Source of the DNA: a virus
Strand: one strand, 5' to 3'
Length of the DNA: 64,000 nt
Virus record (IMG/VR): IMGVR_UViG_3300025865_000006
Span: 53,071 to 117,070 of that record
The translations under genes were made by a program, and so were the position numbers. Every line of letters starts with the position of its first letter. The first letter of the stretch is position 1. Below the pieces are notes generated by a model. The model was not told the DNA's origin and made no database searches. It saw nothing but the letters and a program-made list of their open reading frames with translations. Shown one piece after another: positions 11,529-22,179 of the stretch.

Positions 11529-14172
11529 TATTTCTATAGGAGAAAAGAATGATTGACGAATACGAGGACGGATTGTACGTCGGAACACGAATAGTCTTTA
11601 CTCATCCTAATAAGGATATGCTTCGAAATCAAATCGGAGCATTTCTTTGTTTGTTTCTTATGGAAGCTACTGTGACAAGCAATGAGGGTCTTGATGCTCT
11701 AATCGAAACCAAAACAGATGAATTCCTGGCCATCCTAGAGGGAAAGAGAGCGTTTTAGATGAGTCACTTTATCAATCTCGATTGGGTGTAACAATATGAA
11801 GATTTGCTCATATATGATAACTCCCTCAATGAGATGCACAAAGGAAGAGGATCATGTATATGATCCCACTAATGATAGCCATACCTCAATCGGTACTTGG
11901 TTGGAAGTAGTCGAGATAACCGAATATGCGATTGGGCAACTTCGTAGATTGGGGCGGGAGAATTCCGCTCAGTATTTGGAAAATCATCTGAGAAAGTTTG
12001 GATTGTAATAATGGCTGAGTTTACGAGCATTTGGGCAGCAATTGTTTTGATTGCTGCTCTCTCTCTTGTTTGGTTGGACCTTCATAAGGATGGTTAGATT
12101 GTGGAGTGACTATGAATTCAACCTCTGTAAAGAGTGCGGAAACAAGTCGTATCACGAAAGGGGCCATTCGCATTGTCGTGATTGTTGTCTAAAGAGGATG
12201 GGAAAATGACAGAGTATTGGGAAGACGTGATTCCTGATCCGAATGAGGATGGGGTAGAAGCGTACATGAGGTTTTGGAATAGCCTCCATGACTTCGAACC
12301 GGGTGAGCGTGATCAATATGGATCGCGTAAGTGCATTGCAAAGGTTTACCGGAAAGACGGTATTACTTATGTCTGCAATGGTGGATCGCATAGCACTTTG
12401 CACAATCCAATTGATGGTTGCTGCTTTTGTAGGCACGGAGTTTTTCTTCACACTTCATATGATATCCCTTGTGGAGCATGTGAAATGGGAGATATATACG
12501 AAGAGGATTTCGAAGAGGAACGATAATGGGAGAAATTAAGAATAGAGATTACGTCACGATGAGTAACGAGGATTTGGAGGCTCTAGAGGTTAGAGCAAAT
12601 AAGGCTCTCAATGATTTGATGCAGCCAAAGATTGATTATGTCACCGAGAAGTCTGCAATTCTGCGAAAGCAGATGAATGGTCTTGGTGATATGGAATTCC
12701 TTGCTTTGTATACTGCTGTAATGCAGTCCAGAGAAGATCGACTGATTTCTCTCCGAATGCGTTTTCCGTTTTTGCCGAGGTAAGAAAGATGAAATGTGAA
12801 TGTCCTGAGGTTGGGAATGCTTACGAAGATGATCGCCCTCTCTATGTGGAGGAAGAGTATAAGGCTATGAGCCATCTTCCTAATGAGTGCCCCGGCGATT
12901 ATGGAATGGAAAAGTGGAATAGGGACGGCCAAATTCTTTGGCTTTGTAGTTGTTGCTGCCTCCCCGGTGATACTTTTGTAAAGGAAGAAGAGACAGTTTT
13001 TGAGACTCTGCATAATCACTTCCCGTGGATCAATGCAAATGACGGTAGTGTAGACGAAGGGTTTTTCGATGCCTAATCCGATTATCATTGATACCGTCTT
13101 CACTGGCGATGTGAATGACGATGAGGATGATCCTTGTAATTGGAAGAATGTGACAATTCCCTCTAAGTATGAAGTTTGTAGTACTTGCCAAGGTGAGGGA
13201 AAGTCAAGCACATATCTTGGTGCATATACTCAGTCCGATATGGACGAGATGAGCGAAGAGTTTATTGAAGACTACTTTGCCGGTTATTATGATAAGCCTT
13301 GCACCGAATGCAAAGGAAATCGCGTAATCCTAGTTCCTGATCGTGAGAATGCTGATCCTGATCTATTGAAGGAATGGGATAAGCGAGAGGAAGAGAATTA
13401 TCAGACTGAGCAGATGTATCGAATGGAGTTGGAGGCCGAATATGGTACTAACTACTAAGCAAACAGAGTTGCGTATCAATCAGCTTGTAAAGAAGACTCT
13501 GCTAATAGAGCGAGCTAATAAGGGTTTGGGAACCTTCCAAGATATGACTCACCCTATTGCCCAGTTTCGTACAATGATGGTTGCCCATAATGATGTGGTG
13601 GGTGTCATCAATTCTCTAATTGACTACGTTGAGGTTTTGAAGCAGCGAGTCGAGGAACTGGAAAATGGGCGCGGATAAGGAAGTTTGTTGGTGGGGAACA
13701 TTCGATAATAGTCCCCGCGATCCCAAACACTTTGTCCAAGTCGATTGGATGAGGTTTATTCATGGTGTAAACAACCTGCTAACGAATGAGGAAAATCCCG
13801 AAGAGGATACAGATTATTCTGATATTGGTGGATTTGGTTCACCTAAACTTTTAGGGAGGAACATTTATGATCGAGTCCACAAGAAGTTGTGGGCCGGTTG
13901 TGAGCAATACCCTTCCTTTACAGTTTACACTGATAATGGGCGCAGGGAAGCATTCATTGAATGCTATGATCGAGAGATGGAAGAGATTGCAAGTCGCGTA
14001 TTTGGAGAGCTTCACCCATGAACGTAGATATGTGGTTAAGCCTAATCGATAGGATCATGTGGTTCGTCCTAATTGTTTCTGCGTTTTTCCTTGTGGGTAT
14101 CGCAGCAGCGCGATTAGCACTATTTGTAGTTGATCTGCTGAAAGGTGCTCTGATATACTAATATAGAGCCAT

Positions 14173-14246
14173 CAGGGGCTAGTTTATGAGGTAAAACACC
14201 GGGTTGTGGCCCCGAAAATGGAGTTCGAGTCTCCTTCCCCTGACCA
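14173..14246 (+). tRNA. tRNA-His (GTG), atypical
   Basis: Acceptor CAGGGG/CCCCTG, D arm GTTT/AAAC, anticodon arm CGGG-TTGTGGC-CCCG, T loop TTCGAGT, encoded CCA; discriminator is A. Confidence 0.75.
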
Positions 14247-15767
14247 ATTTAGAAAGGGATGGTATGAAAAACAAAGTTGGAACAGGAATTCTCTTCCTAC
14301 TTATTGATGTGTTTTGGTGGGTGGGGGCAGTAACAAGCTTTTATCAGGGGTTGTTCGTGGAGCATAGCAGTGATCTTATCATTCTAAATGGCCTTCTTGG
14401 TGCAATGTTTCTTGTTGCAGCAAGTTGCCTTACATTCGTCATTGCCTACTTTGTTGGTGAAGGCTTCAAAGACGAGAGGTAAATCGTGAGAAAACTTATA
14501 GTAGACGGAAAGGAGTATACCTATACTGTAGGTAAATCCTATGCGATTATCAAGTTTGAGGGCCTAAAGATCGCAACCATTCCCCTGTGTGATATAAAAG
14601 GTTCTTGGGATAACTTGGAACGTGGTCGATGGAAGAAGACCCGCGATGGAATGGTTTTTCCAAGTGAGATAGTGGAATACATTAGAGAAAGGAAGTAGAG
14701 ATGGGATGCTACATTGATCCCTTGGAAGGCACCAAGGAACAGTTTCTTATGAAGCATGGAAAGGAAGTGTATAAGAAGGACTTTTCTTGGGGGACTAGGC
14801 CCGAATTTTGCCTTCCGGTTGTTTTGGTGGATAACAGACAGTTTACGGCTGCCGGTGTTGCTTATTCTAAGAGAGAATTGGAAGCATTTACCGATCCAAC
14901 CGATCTTCGTCCGAAGCGATACTTTTATGTTGCTCTGGATGATCTAAAGGATGTTTCTCCAATCGAAGATTATCTGAAAGACTAGGGAGTATAGTGCAAG
15001 GTATCTACGTCAATTATCGTCGGCCCAAGTCAAAGAAAGAGGTTGTTGCCGCAGTAAAGGCTAATCCAAGTAAGGTTAGTCTAGAGGCTACTTCACTTTT
15101 TGGCAATGAGTATGATGGACCTATTACCGAAATGCCTGTCGATAAGATGGTGTATGTTGTTGGTCCTGATCCATATACTGCGCGCAACTTTTATCTCAAT
15201 CTGACCCGAAAGGAAGATGGAACATTCAAGGTGGCCTAATGCATGAATGCAAACTGATCAGCGTATGCGGTGAAATGCTTTGTGGCATGTGCTTTGCAGA
15301 GAAGATGGAGACTGAAAAACTGATTGCTCCAAAGCGTCCACCAATTGAGATGGTTATGATCCATAAGGTAGTTATGAGGAAAGTGAAATGAGCGATTGTC
15401 GGCACTGGTATCATGAATCGATTGACGATGTTGAGCATTGCAAGGATTGCAACGTCATTCTCGATGTGAAGCCTTTTTGGGAAGGCAAAATCACCATCGG
15501 AAAGTTGGAACATCTGTACGAAATTGAAGGTGAAGACTTTGATTTCAAGGCCCTGATTGAAGATCAGGTTGGGACAACGGTTGAAATTGATACTGTTAGG
15601 ATTATGGACGGTCCAAATTATTGGGATCGTCCATACTTGGTGGTATTCACTGTTGGTAGGGCTAGGTTGACGGCAACAGTATCGGTAGCTAAGTCCGATC
15701 ATTATGTTCCTACGGATCAGTTTTATACTCCCGCAGTTGAAGAGGAAGTGACTCAGTAATAGAATAC

Positions 15768-15907
15768 GGCTAGGATACTCGGCTAGTACCCTGAAAGGCG
15801 TACGAGGGGTTACGAAAATGTCTAGCGAGTCGGTCAAGGTATAAACCGACATGATTCTACAATTGTTTGAAGTCGCACAATTGTAGAAAAGAGTCCTGAT
15901 CTAAGCC
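15768..15907 (+). ncRNA. structured RNA or leader of unknown class
   Basis: Nested helices GGCT/AGCC, AGGA-CTC/GAGTCCT, GCTAG/CTAGC, GTCGGT/ACCGAC and 12-bp TTCTACAATTGT/ACAATTGTAGAA, ending just before an SD. Confidence 0.5.
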
Positions 15908-15924
15908 AAAAGGAGGTGAAAATC

Positions 15925-16056
15925 ATGGAATATGTTGCAATGAAATGCGGCTTCTGCAAAGAGGAACATTATTACGGTAAGCTTGTCGAAAAAGGCAAGG
16001 AAGACGTAAAGTGCCCAAATTGCAATAAACTTCTTGTGGTGGTACCTAAGAAGTAG
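15925..16056 (+). CDS. 43-aa zinc-ribbon protein (below the ORF-track cutoff)
   Basis: Strong SD AAGGAGGTGA; MEYVAMKCGFCKEEHYYGKLVEKGKEDVKCPNCNKLLVVVPKK has two CxxC motifs. Confidence 0.75.
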   Translation: MEYVAMKCGFCKEEHYYGKLVEKGKEDVKCPNCNKLLVVVPKK

Positions 16057-16065
16057 TAATTATGA

Positions 16066-16247
16066 TGGCGAAGGTTAGGTTGGCTAGACCTAATCTATTC
16101 GATGCCGTAAGGATAGGTTCGAGTCCTATCACTACCTTTAGGTAGGTCGGGTATGAGTAGCGGAATAGCCCTTCGAATAGGAAGCTAGAGCGCGAGTCCG
16201 AAATAAATATCTGATAAGATATTTATTAGGTTCTTGACTCTAGGCCA
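16066..16247 (+). ncRNA. Y-RNA-like RNA A with circularly permuted tRNA-like module
   Basis: 5' GGCGAAG; helix CTATTCGA/TCGAATAG encloses a CC-GTAA-GG variable arm, T arm GATAGG-TTCGAGT-CCTATC, closed acceptor-like hairpin CTACC-TTTA-GGTAG and D-like arm GGGT/GCCC; 3' GGTTCTTGACTCTAGGCCA. Confidence 0.6.
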
Positions 16248-16454
16248 GATATTCCTTCCAGAACGGGAGGCTCTAGGCCAACGCAATTCAGTTGGTGGGT
16301 GAAAACTTTTCGGGTGCCGAGAATAAAAGCCGAAAGCCGGATAAGTAACCGGCAAATCGTTTCCTAGTTTAGAATAAACTAGGGCGGGAAATATACATTG
16401 CAGTCCCGGTATGTCAACCTGCAAACCGGATAATGTAACCGGTACACAAATCTA

Positions 16455-16635
16455 TCTGGTCGAAGGCTAGGGGGATTGTCCTAGCTTATCAGTGTTCAAA
16501 TCCCGCTGATAAGAAGTTAGAGTTAGAAAAGACCAATCGCTGGATACGGAGAAAGCCGTGTACAATCCGTCTGCGTTAGCGGACCTGTTGTAAAACAGAG
16601 TTAGAAATAGGATGGTTCGTGACTCTAGGGCCAGA
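16455..16635 (+). ncRNA. Y-RNA-like RNA B, paralog of 16066-16247
   Basis: TCTGGTC/GGCCAGA terminal stem, GTCGAAG, hairpin, CTTATCAG/CTGATAAG helix capped by TTCAAAT, GAAGTTAGAG, 3' GGTTCGTGACTCTAGGGCCAGA. Confidence 0.55.
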
Positions 16636-16783
16636 AATTTTTTACAGGCTGGATAACAGGTTTTACGTCTAGGATACTGCTCTCAATAGTCAGAGAGTAA
16701 AGTTATGCAATGCCTAGCGTGCTGGTAAACTGCAAACGCATTGAGCGTGGTACATGTGCAGACGGATATAAACCAGACCAATT

Positions 16784-16871
16784 GGATCGGGTGAGCATGT
16801 TTTGGTACGCTCAGGTGACTGTAAATCACCCCTCTTAGAGTTTGTAGGTTCAAATCCTATCCGGTCCACCA
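16784..16871 (+). tRNA. tRNA-Tyr (GTA)
   Basis: GGATCGG/CCGGTCC acceptor, GGTGA-CTGTAAA-TCACC anticodon arm, long variable arm, GGTTCAAATCC, encoded CCA. Confidence 0.9.
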
Positions 16872-16887
16872 AAGATTTAGGTATTCG

Positions 16888-17007
16888 ATGTAGATAATTA
16901 TCGTTGGACGGAACAATAATGGCTCTCCGTGGTAGCACCACAGCGGGAAATGTGGCCGCTAAATTAGAAATAGTTTGGCGCGGTATAGCCTAGATAATTA
17001 TCTACAT
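16888..17007. repeat. 15-bp perfect inverted repeat enclosing a structured segment
   Basis: ATGTAGATAATTATC (16888-16902) / GATAATTATCTACAT (16993-17007). Confidence 0.75.
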
Positions 17008-18573
17008 GGAGTATCTAACTCCGTAAAGAGTACGATAGGGACGCCGATATTACCACTTGTCGTCAAGAGACTCGTGAGTCCTACCAATTGAAGTAGGTCG
17101 ATGTGGAATCCCCTCACAATGCGTATACTGCTCGATAAGATGTGATATCGAGCATCCGATTAGTTGGAGAAAGCCATGTCAGAAACTTGGGGAAAAGTTG
17201 ATATACAGGTTTCGGGGGAGTCTGAAATTCACTTAGTCCCTGTTTTGGACGGAGATGTATTATCTACTCATCAGCCTAGTACGATGTGCAAATGCCTCCC
17301 TGAGGTACTACAGGATAAAACTTGGGTAACTAATAGTCGTGTTGTAAACCATAGAGAACCCGGTTGGGCTGGCTGTAACAAGGAAAGGGTAAATTAAAAT
17401 GAGTAAACGTAGTGGTCTTTCTCTTCTTGAAGAGTTGAAGAGGGGCTGGATAGATATCGGAAGATATCGCTACATGTTTCGTAAGATTGATATGGAGACT
17501 TGGAGGGATAAGATTTGCCCTATCTGTAATAAGGGCTTTACTAGCGAACCCAATTTTAGCTATGAAAGCTATTCAATGCATTGGGGCTGCTACGATTCAG
17601 ATAAAGGAGAAAAATGGGTTTTTGACCGCGAGGACGGATACGATCTGCCCTTTAGCATCCCCCATCTACCCGAGGGTACAGATACAGATGATTTACCCTG
17701 ATACGTTTATGGAGATTCTAAATGAAGCAATTTCAGAAACTCTTTAGAGTCACATTTACTTGTGATAAATGTGCAAAAATGGAAAGCATGGAACTGACTG
17801 AGGGACAAGCAGAGGATGAGGGATATACTGGAAAGTGGTATTCCCCGCCCGGATGGGTGCTAGGGCATCTTGATGCGCGCTATACAGGAGATAGCATTCC
17901 TACATTACAGTTTTGCAGTTGCGACTGTAGAGATAGATATCTTCGAGCCTACATTACTGGTATTCAAGCAAAGTTCTTTATCTAAGAATAGGAGAAAGAA
18001 AATGATTCCGACGATTGGTAACAAGGTGGATATCCTGCGTCATAGTGACGATAAGGGTAGGGATACCCTTACGCGAATTATGACCCCTGAGAAGCGTGCA
18101 ACGCGCCACGCAAAGAGTATTCGTACAGCAAGCCATAAGCCACAGGCAAATAGCAGCGGCTATGCTTTTCGGAATTCTTGTCGAAGCTATGGCTGCACTT
18201 GTGTAAAGCATGGGTCAACGCGAAAGCGAGACTGAAAATGAAAGAACTTTTGGTGGGCCTAGTTGTACTTAGTGTAATCTTTTTTCTCTTCGGAATGACA
18301 GCACTTACAAATAACCTTATATGGGCCTTACCCCTAGTTCTTCCAACGGTATTCCTTATGGCCTACATGATGGGAGACACTATTTTGGATATTTGGAGGC
18401 ATAGGTGAGTTGGAGGCTTTATTGCAAGTGGTGCAAGTACTGTATTGTGGTGGGTGATCGCGGAATGCGAGGCCAAGATATGGGTGCAGGGGTAGAGGCC
18501 GCTAATTATATGCAAGAACACATTGAAACGGCTCATCAAAAGACTTGGGATGAGTTTTGTAGAAAGGAAGAGA

Positions 18574-19125
18574 ATGCTCAACGCTAGGCCAATTGATAAC
18601 AAATTTTGGGTATCGGGTGGATGGGAGAATATTGAACGAGATATCAAATGGCTGAAAGAGCACAATATTCGGGCAGTTCTTGATCTACAATATACTCTAG
18701 ATGACAATCCCAATCTTCCTGCCTTTGTCAAGAACCGTCTTGCTGATGAGAATATTGAATATCATTCTATCCTTATGTGGGATGGGGAATGGAACAATAG
18801 CCTACATGCTATCTTTCTTGAGGGTGAGAATAAACTAGAACTATGGGATAGTTCATTCACTGGTAAGAGGGATAAGATTCTTGTAAAGTGTGCAGCCGGT
18901 ATTAGCCGTTCAGTTTCTCAGTATCTCAACTATATCTGCTTCCGAGATAGGACTTCCTTCGCAGAAGCATTGGCTGACTTTAATCGCGCAGAATATAAGT
19001 GGGCTAGTATGTATGCAGAAACAAATTTCTGGCCCGGCAGTCCTGATTGGTGTTTCCGTAGCTTGCTATCTAGAAAATATTCTAGAAATGGTTCAGTATT
19101 TGGAGAAATAGTCCGCGATGGATAA
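18574..19125 (+). CDS. dual-specificity/PTP-like phosphatase (CX5R)
   Basis: ILVKCAAGISRS P-loop and LKEHNIRAVLDL N-terminal motif; start refined to ATG 18574 after AAGGAAG. Confidence 0.8.
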   Translation: MLNARPIDNKFWVSGGWENIERDIKWLKEHNIRAVLDLQYTLDDNPNLPAFVKNRLADENIEYHSILMWDGEWNNSLHAIFLEGENKLELWDSSFTGKRDKILVKCAAGISRSVSQYLNYICFRDRTSFAEALADFNRAEYKWASMYAETNFWPGSPDWCFRSLLSRKYSRNGSVFGEIVRDG

Positions 19126-19584
19126 AATTGATGAGCTAACAATCAAGAATTTTTTGGGGGAGCTTTTATCGGCATATGATTTTGGGGAGTCTGCGGATGA
19201 AGTTATGAGCGTTGTCTTTGAGTTCAAGAATGATCTTGAACTAGTACTGATCAATCTAACGTTGGGCGATAAGGAGAATTAAATGCCTGATAACGTCGAT
19301 ATTACTCCTAGTCTCAATTCCTATACTCCAAGTATGGTGAAATTGAAGAATTACTTGGAGTGGGTGTTGTCTAAAGCAAACGATGAGACTTTAAGTGGTG
19401 ACCTATTCAAGAAATTGGTTGCTGGTAAGACAGATTATTTCAAGCGAGAAATGTCTATCGTTTTGGCGCAGGACATTCTTTATAAGGCAGGAGTGAAGTA
19501 TAAGCCAGAGAGTTTCCGATAGCAGCCTGTTACCTATTCCTGGCATAGATTAAATCTATATCAATATAAGAGAGGAACATTTCA

Positions 19585-20340
19585 ATGGGTTTGGACGTGT
19601 ATCTGGAACGGTGTGATAACTGGTCCGATAAAATTCAACGGGAAAAAGAATTTAATGATCAGGTAGAGGATCAGGCAATTGTGTGGGATAGTCCTGCTTA
19701 TCGTAATTTGAGCGATAGGATGGGCCTTGTGGATGGGCACTTTCCTACCGAAAGTATTTCGCTCAATTCCAACGTTGATCCCGAGCATCTTATGAAGGTC
19801 GGATATTTTCGTAGTTCCTATAATGGATCAGGACTCAATAGCGTTTTGCGTGGTCGCATTGGGAAGGATTTGTACTACATCTTTTCCGAGGCTGAAAACT
19901 ATCAATTTGTCCCTAACTGGGCAGTTGCACTTGTAAGGTGCAATGAAGTTATCGAAGAGTTTGCTGAAAATCTCAAAACTACTGCTCAGTATTCAGTAAT
20001 TGATGTTGGTCCTAATGTCTTTAGGACACCAGAAGTTCTTTCTGATAAGGAAGCGCTGGAAGCATTTCTAGAGGAAATCGGTCGAGAGAAGAAGTACGCA
20101 TTTGACGGCTCTTATTCTAATGCTGTTGGGCATTTCTTTCCTAAGGGATTGAATATCAAGGCAGCAATTGAGGGTTTGGGCGTATTCGGAAAGCCTGTGA
20201 TTTATCTTGTGTATGAGAATACCCAAGAAACAGCAGACTGGAAGTGGTATACTGATGCCCTTCTGATTGTCAGAGAGACTATTCTCTACGTGCTAGAGCA
20301 GAGTGATCCGTCTGAATACGGATTGGTTTGGAGTTCATAA
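19585..20340 (+). CDS. conserved phage-type hypothetical protein (MGLD..GYFR type)
   Basis: 251-aa ORF with AGAGGA SD; MGLDVYL and VGYFRSSYN motifs. Confidence 0.65.
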   Translation: MGLDVYLERCDNWSDKIQREKEFNDQVEDQAIVWDSPAYRNLSDRMGLVDGHFPTESISLNSNVDPEHLMKVGYFRSSYNGSGLNSVLRGRIGKDLYYIFSEAENYQFVPNWAVALVRCNEVIEEFAENLKTTAQYSVIDVGPNVFRTPEVLSDKEALEAFLEEIGREKKYAFDGSYSNAVGHFFPKGLNIKAAIEGLGVFGKPVIYLVYENTQETADWKWYTDALLIVRETILYVLEQSDPSEYGLVWSS

Positions 20341-21407
20341 TGAGTACGCATAGTGATATCGCTAAAGCATTCGTAACACCTTACCATTGGAGGCAGGGGC
20401 CAAAGAGCGGACACAATGTATTCCGTGAGCCTTGGGATAACAGTTACAATTCTCAGGCTGGATCGGGAGATATCATCTATTCTTATGGTCGCCACTTTCC
20501 AGTGGCGGTTCGTAACGATAATGATAAGACATTCCTTGTCAATGGTGATAGATGGGGTCATTCTACTGCTGGCCACCAAAGTCAAGTTCGTGGAGCTATT
20601 GCTAGTCGAAATAGCTTTAAAGATTATAAGGTTCTGACAGTCCCATTCTCTATCTTTCGACGGGCATATAGTGTTTCTGATCTTACTCGATTGCATGTGT
20701 CTGTAATCGATGTTGGTGTGGACAAGGAAATCTGCAAGTGCATTACTTGTGATACAGACTTCACTAATTACACTGCTCTTTATGAGCATCGTAATGCTAC
20801 GAATAGGGACGCTGAAAATAATTGGACTCAGCCCCATAAGACTAGGTATTTCCACCAGTTGGCTCCCTCTACATTTAGTGTGAAGATGCAGGATAATAGT
20901 ACTCCTAGGTATTTCATTAGTGGTTTCGATGAGACTGCTAATCAGCGCAATCACGATGGATATTTCCTTAGTGAGTTGCCAGCAAAGCCTAGGGATATTG
21001 CCCACGCATTTGAGATGCTTCGTCCTACACAGGTAAAGATTGCGGATAAGATTGAGACAAAGGTTCTCCGTCAGGGAGATATCTTTGCAATCCCATCTAA
21101 GTTGACTACTCGCTTCCTAAAGAAGCATGGTGCTGATTATCAGAAGGGTGGTCTAATCGATAAGTATGTTTGGGGTACAGCAATCAAGGTGCTTGATTAT
21201 CCTCGATTGTTTGGTACTAGCCATGTGGCTAATGAAACCATTACTTATCGTGGAATGCTTTTTGCTCGTGGTACGCTTCGGCATCGGCCTACTGAATTTG
21301 GTAGGACATTGCCCGAGCATATGAATGTCACAATTGGTAAGGATTGGCATCGCATTGTTCGCAATACTGCTTTGGCATCCTATACTACTGGCGGAAGGGT
21401 TGACTGA
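20340..21407 (+). CDS. phage hypothetical protein with C-terminal RQGD..H..EH domain
   Basis: YSYGRHFP N-terminal motif; LRQGDIFAIP, SHV and PEH motifs. Confidence 0.65.
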   Translation: MSTHSDIAKAFVTPYHWRQGPKSGHNVFREPWDNSYNSQAGSGDIIYSYGRHFPVAVRNDNDKTFLVNGDRWGHSTAGHQSQVRGAIASRNSFKDYKVLTVPFSIFRRAYSVSDLTRLHVSVIDVGVDKEICKCITCDTDFTNYTALYEHRNATNRDAENNWTQPHKTRYFHQLAPSTFSVKMQDNSTPRYFISGFDETANQRNHDGYFLSELPAKPRDIAHAFEMLRPTQVKIADKIETKVLRQGDIFAIPSKLTTRFLKKHGADYQKGGLIDKYVWGTAIKVLDYPRLFGTSHVANETITYRGMLFARGTLRHRPTEFGRTLPEHMNVTIGKDWHRIVRNTALASYTTGGRVD

Positions 21408-22179
21408 TGGAGCTAATCTTTGTGGGCGAGGAATTCTATTCACGCTCATCTACAATGATGAGCAGCCTATATACAACCGATTTCCAGAGGTATGACTGGG
21501 GATTTGTGCAGCGTGATCTGCGTAATGGTATGGAGATTCATATTCGTCCTGCTTATAAGGGCGAATATGATGCTCTAAAGAAAGAACTTGATAGGCGGAT
21601 CGATGAGTCTGCTTCCGCCAAGAATTGGTCCGGCCATCCTTGGGTATATGGACTAGGCAATCTTGAAAAGGATGGAGAAGGGTATAAGGATACCCGAGGT
21701 AATCACTATACCTATCTAGAGCTAGAGGAAGCGGTTAGAAAAGCTAAGGATTTCTAAATGACTGTAAGCATCGTACTTAGTGTTGATCGTAGTCTATTGC
21801 TTGATATCATTGTTGATGGCATGGATTATGTTTGTAGGGGGTATTGGGGGCAAATCGAAGATTATAAATGGGAGTGGTGGTATACTGCTGATAAGGTTGG
21901 CGATCCAACAGGTACAATCAATCCTGATATCACCGACGATACTGTACTTTGTCGCATTCGAGATGATGATGACGGCATGGCAGAAGAGGAAGATCGGCCA
22001 TTTGTTGATATTACTCTCGCTAAATTGGAACAAGCATTTGGCTGGACACTACAGTATTTCCCGCATACCGTTGTTCCTTTTGAGACTAATAGTAGTGGCA
22101 CAATCATTGATTGTAATCAAGATGCTGAAACTCAGGATATCATGATCCAGTACATTTGCTTTGGAGAGGTTATCTACGG

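Larger units (their letters stand above)
10375..15759 (+). other. block of small early-type hypothetical genes (e.g. 10375-10929, 11048-11329, 11549-11758, 12526-12783, 12789-13076, 13069-13458, 13665-14021, 14701-14985, 14994-15239, 15388-15759)
   Basis: Co-oriented, abutting ORFs with SD sequences; several zinc-binding CxxC motifs (13069-13458 has CSTCQGEG/CTECKG). Confidence 0.65.

Noticed and set aside
16066-16635. Two-piece (permuted) tmRNA
   Set aside because: The acceptor-like hairpin has no G3-U70 pair or CCA, and I found no tag reading frame ending in an ALAA-like sequence.
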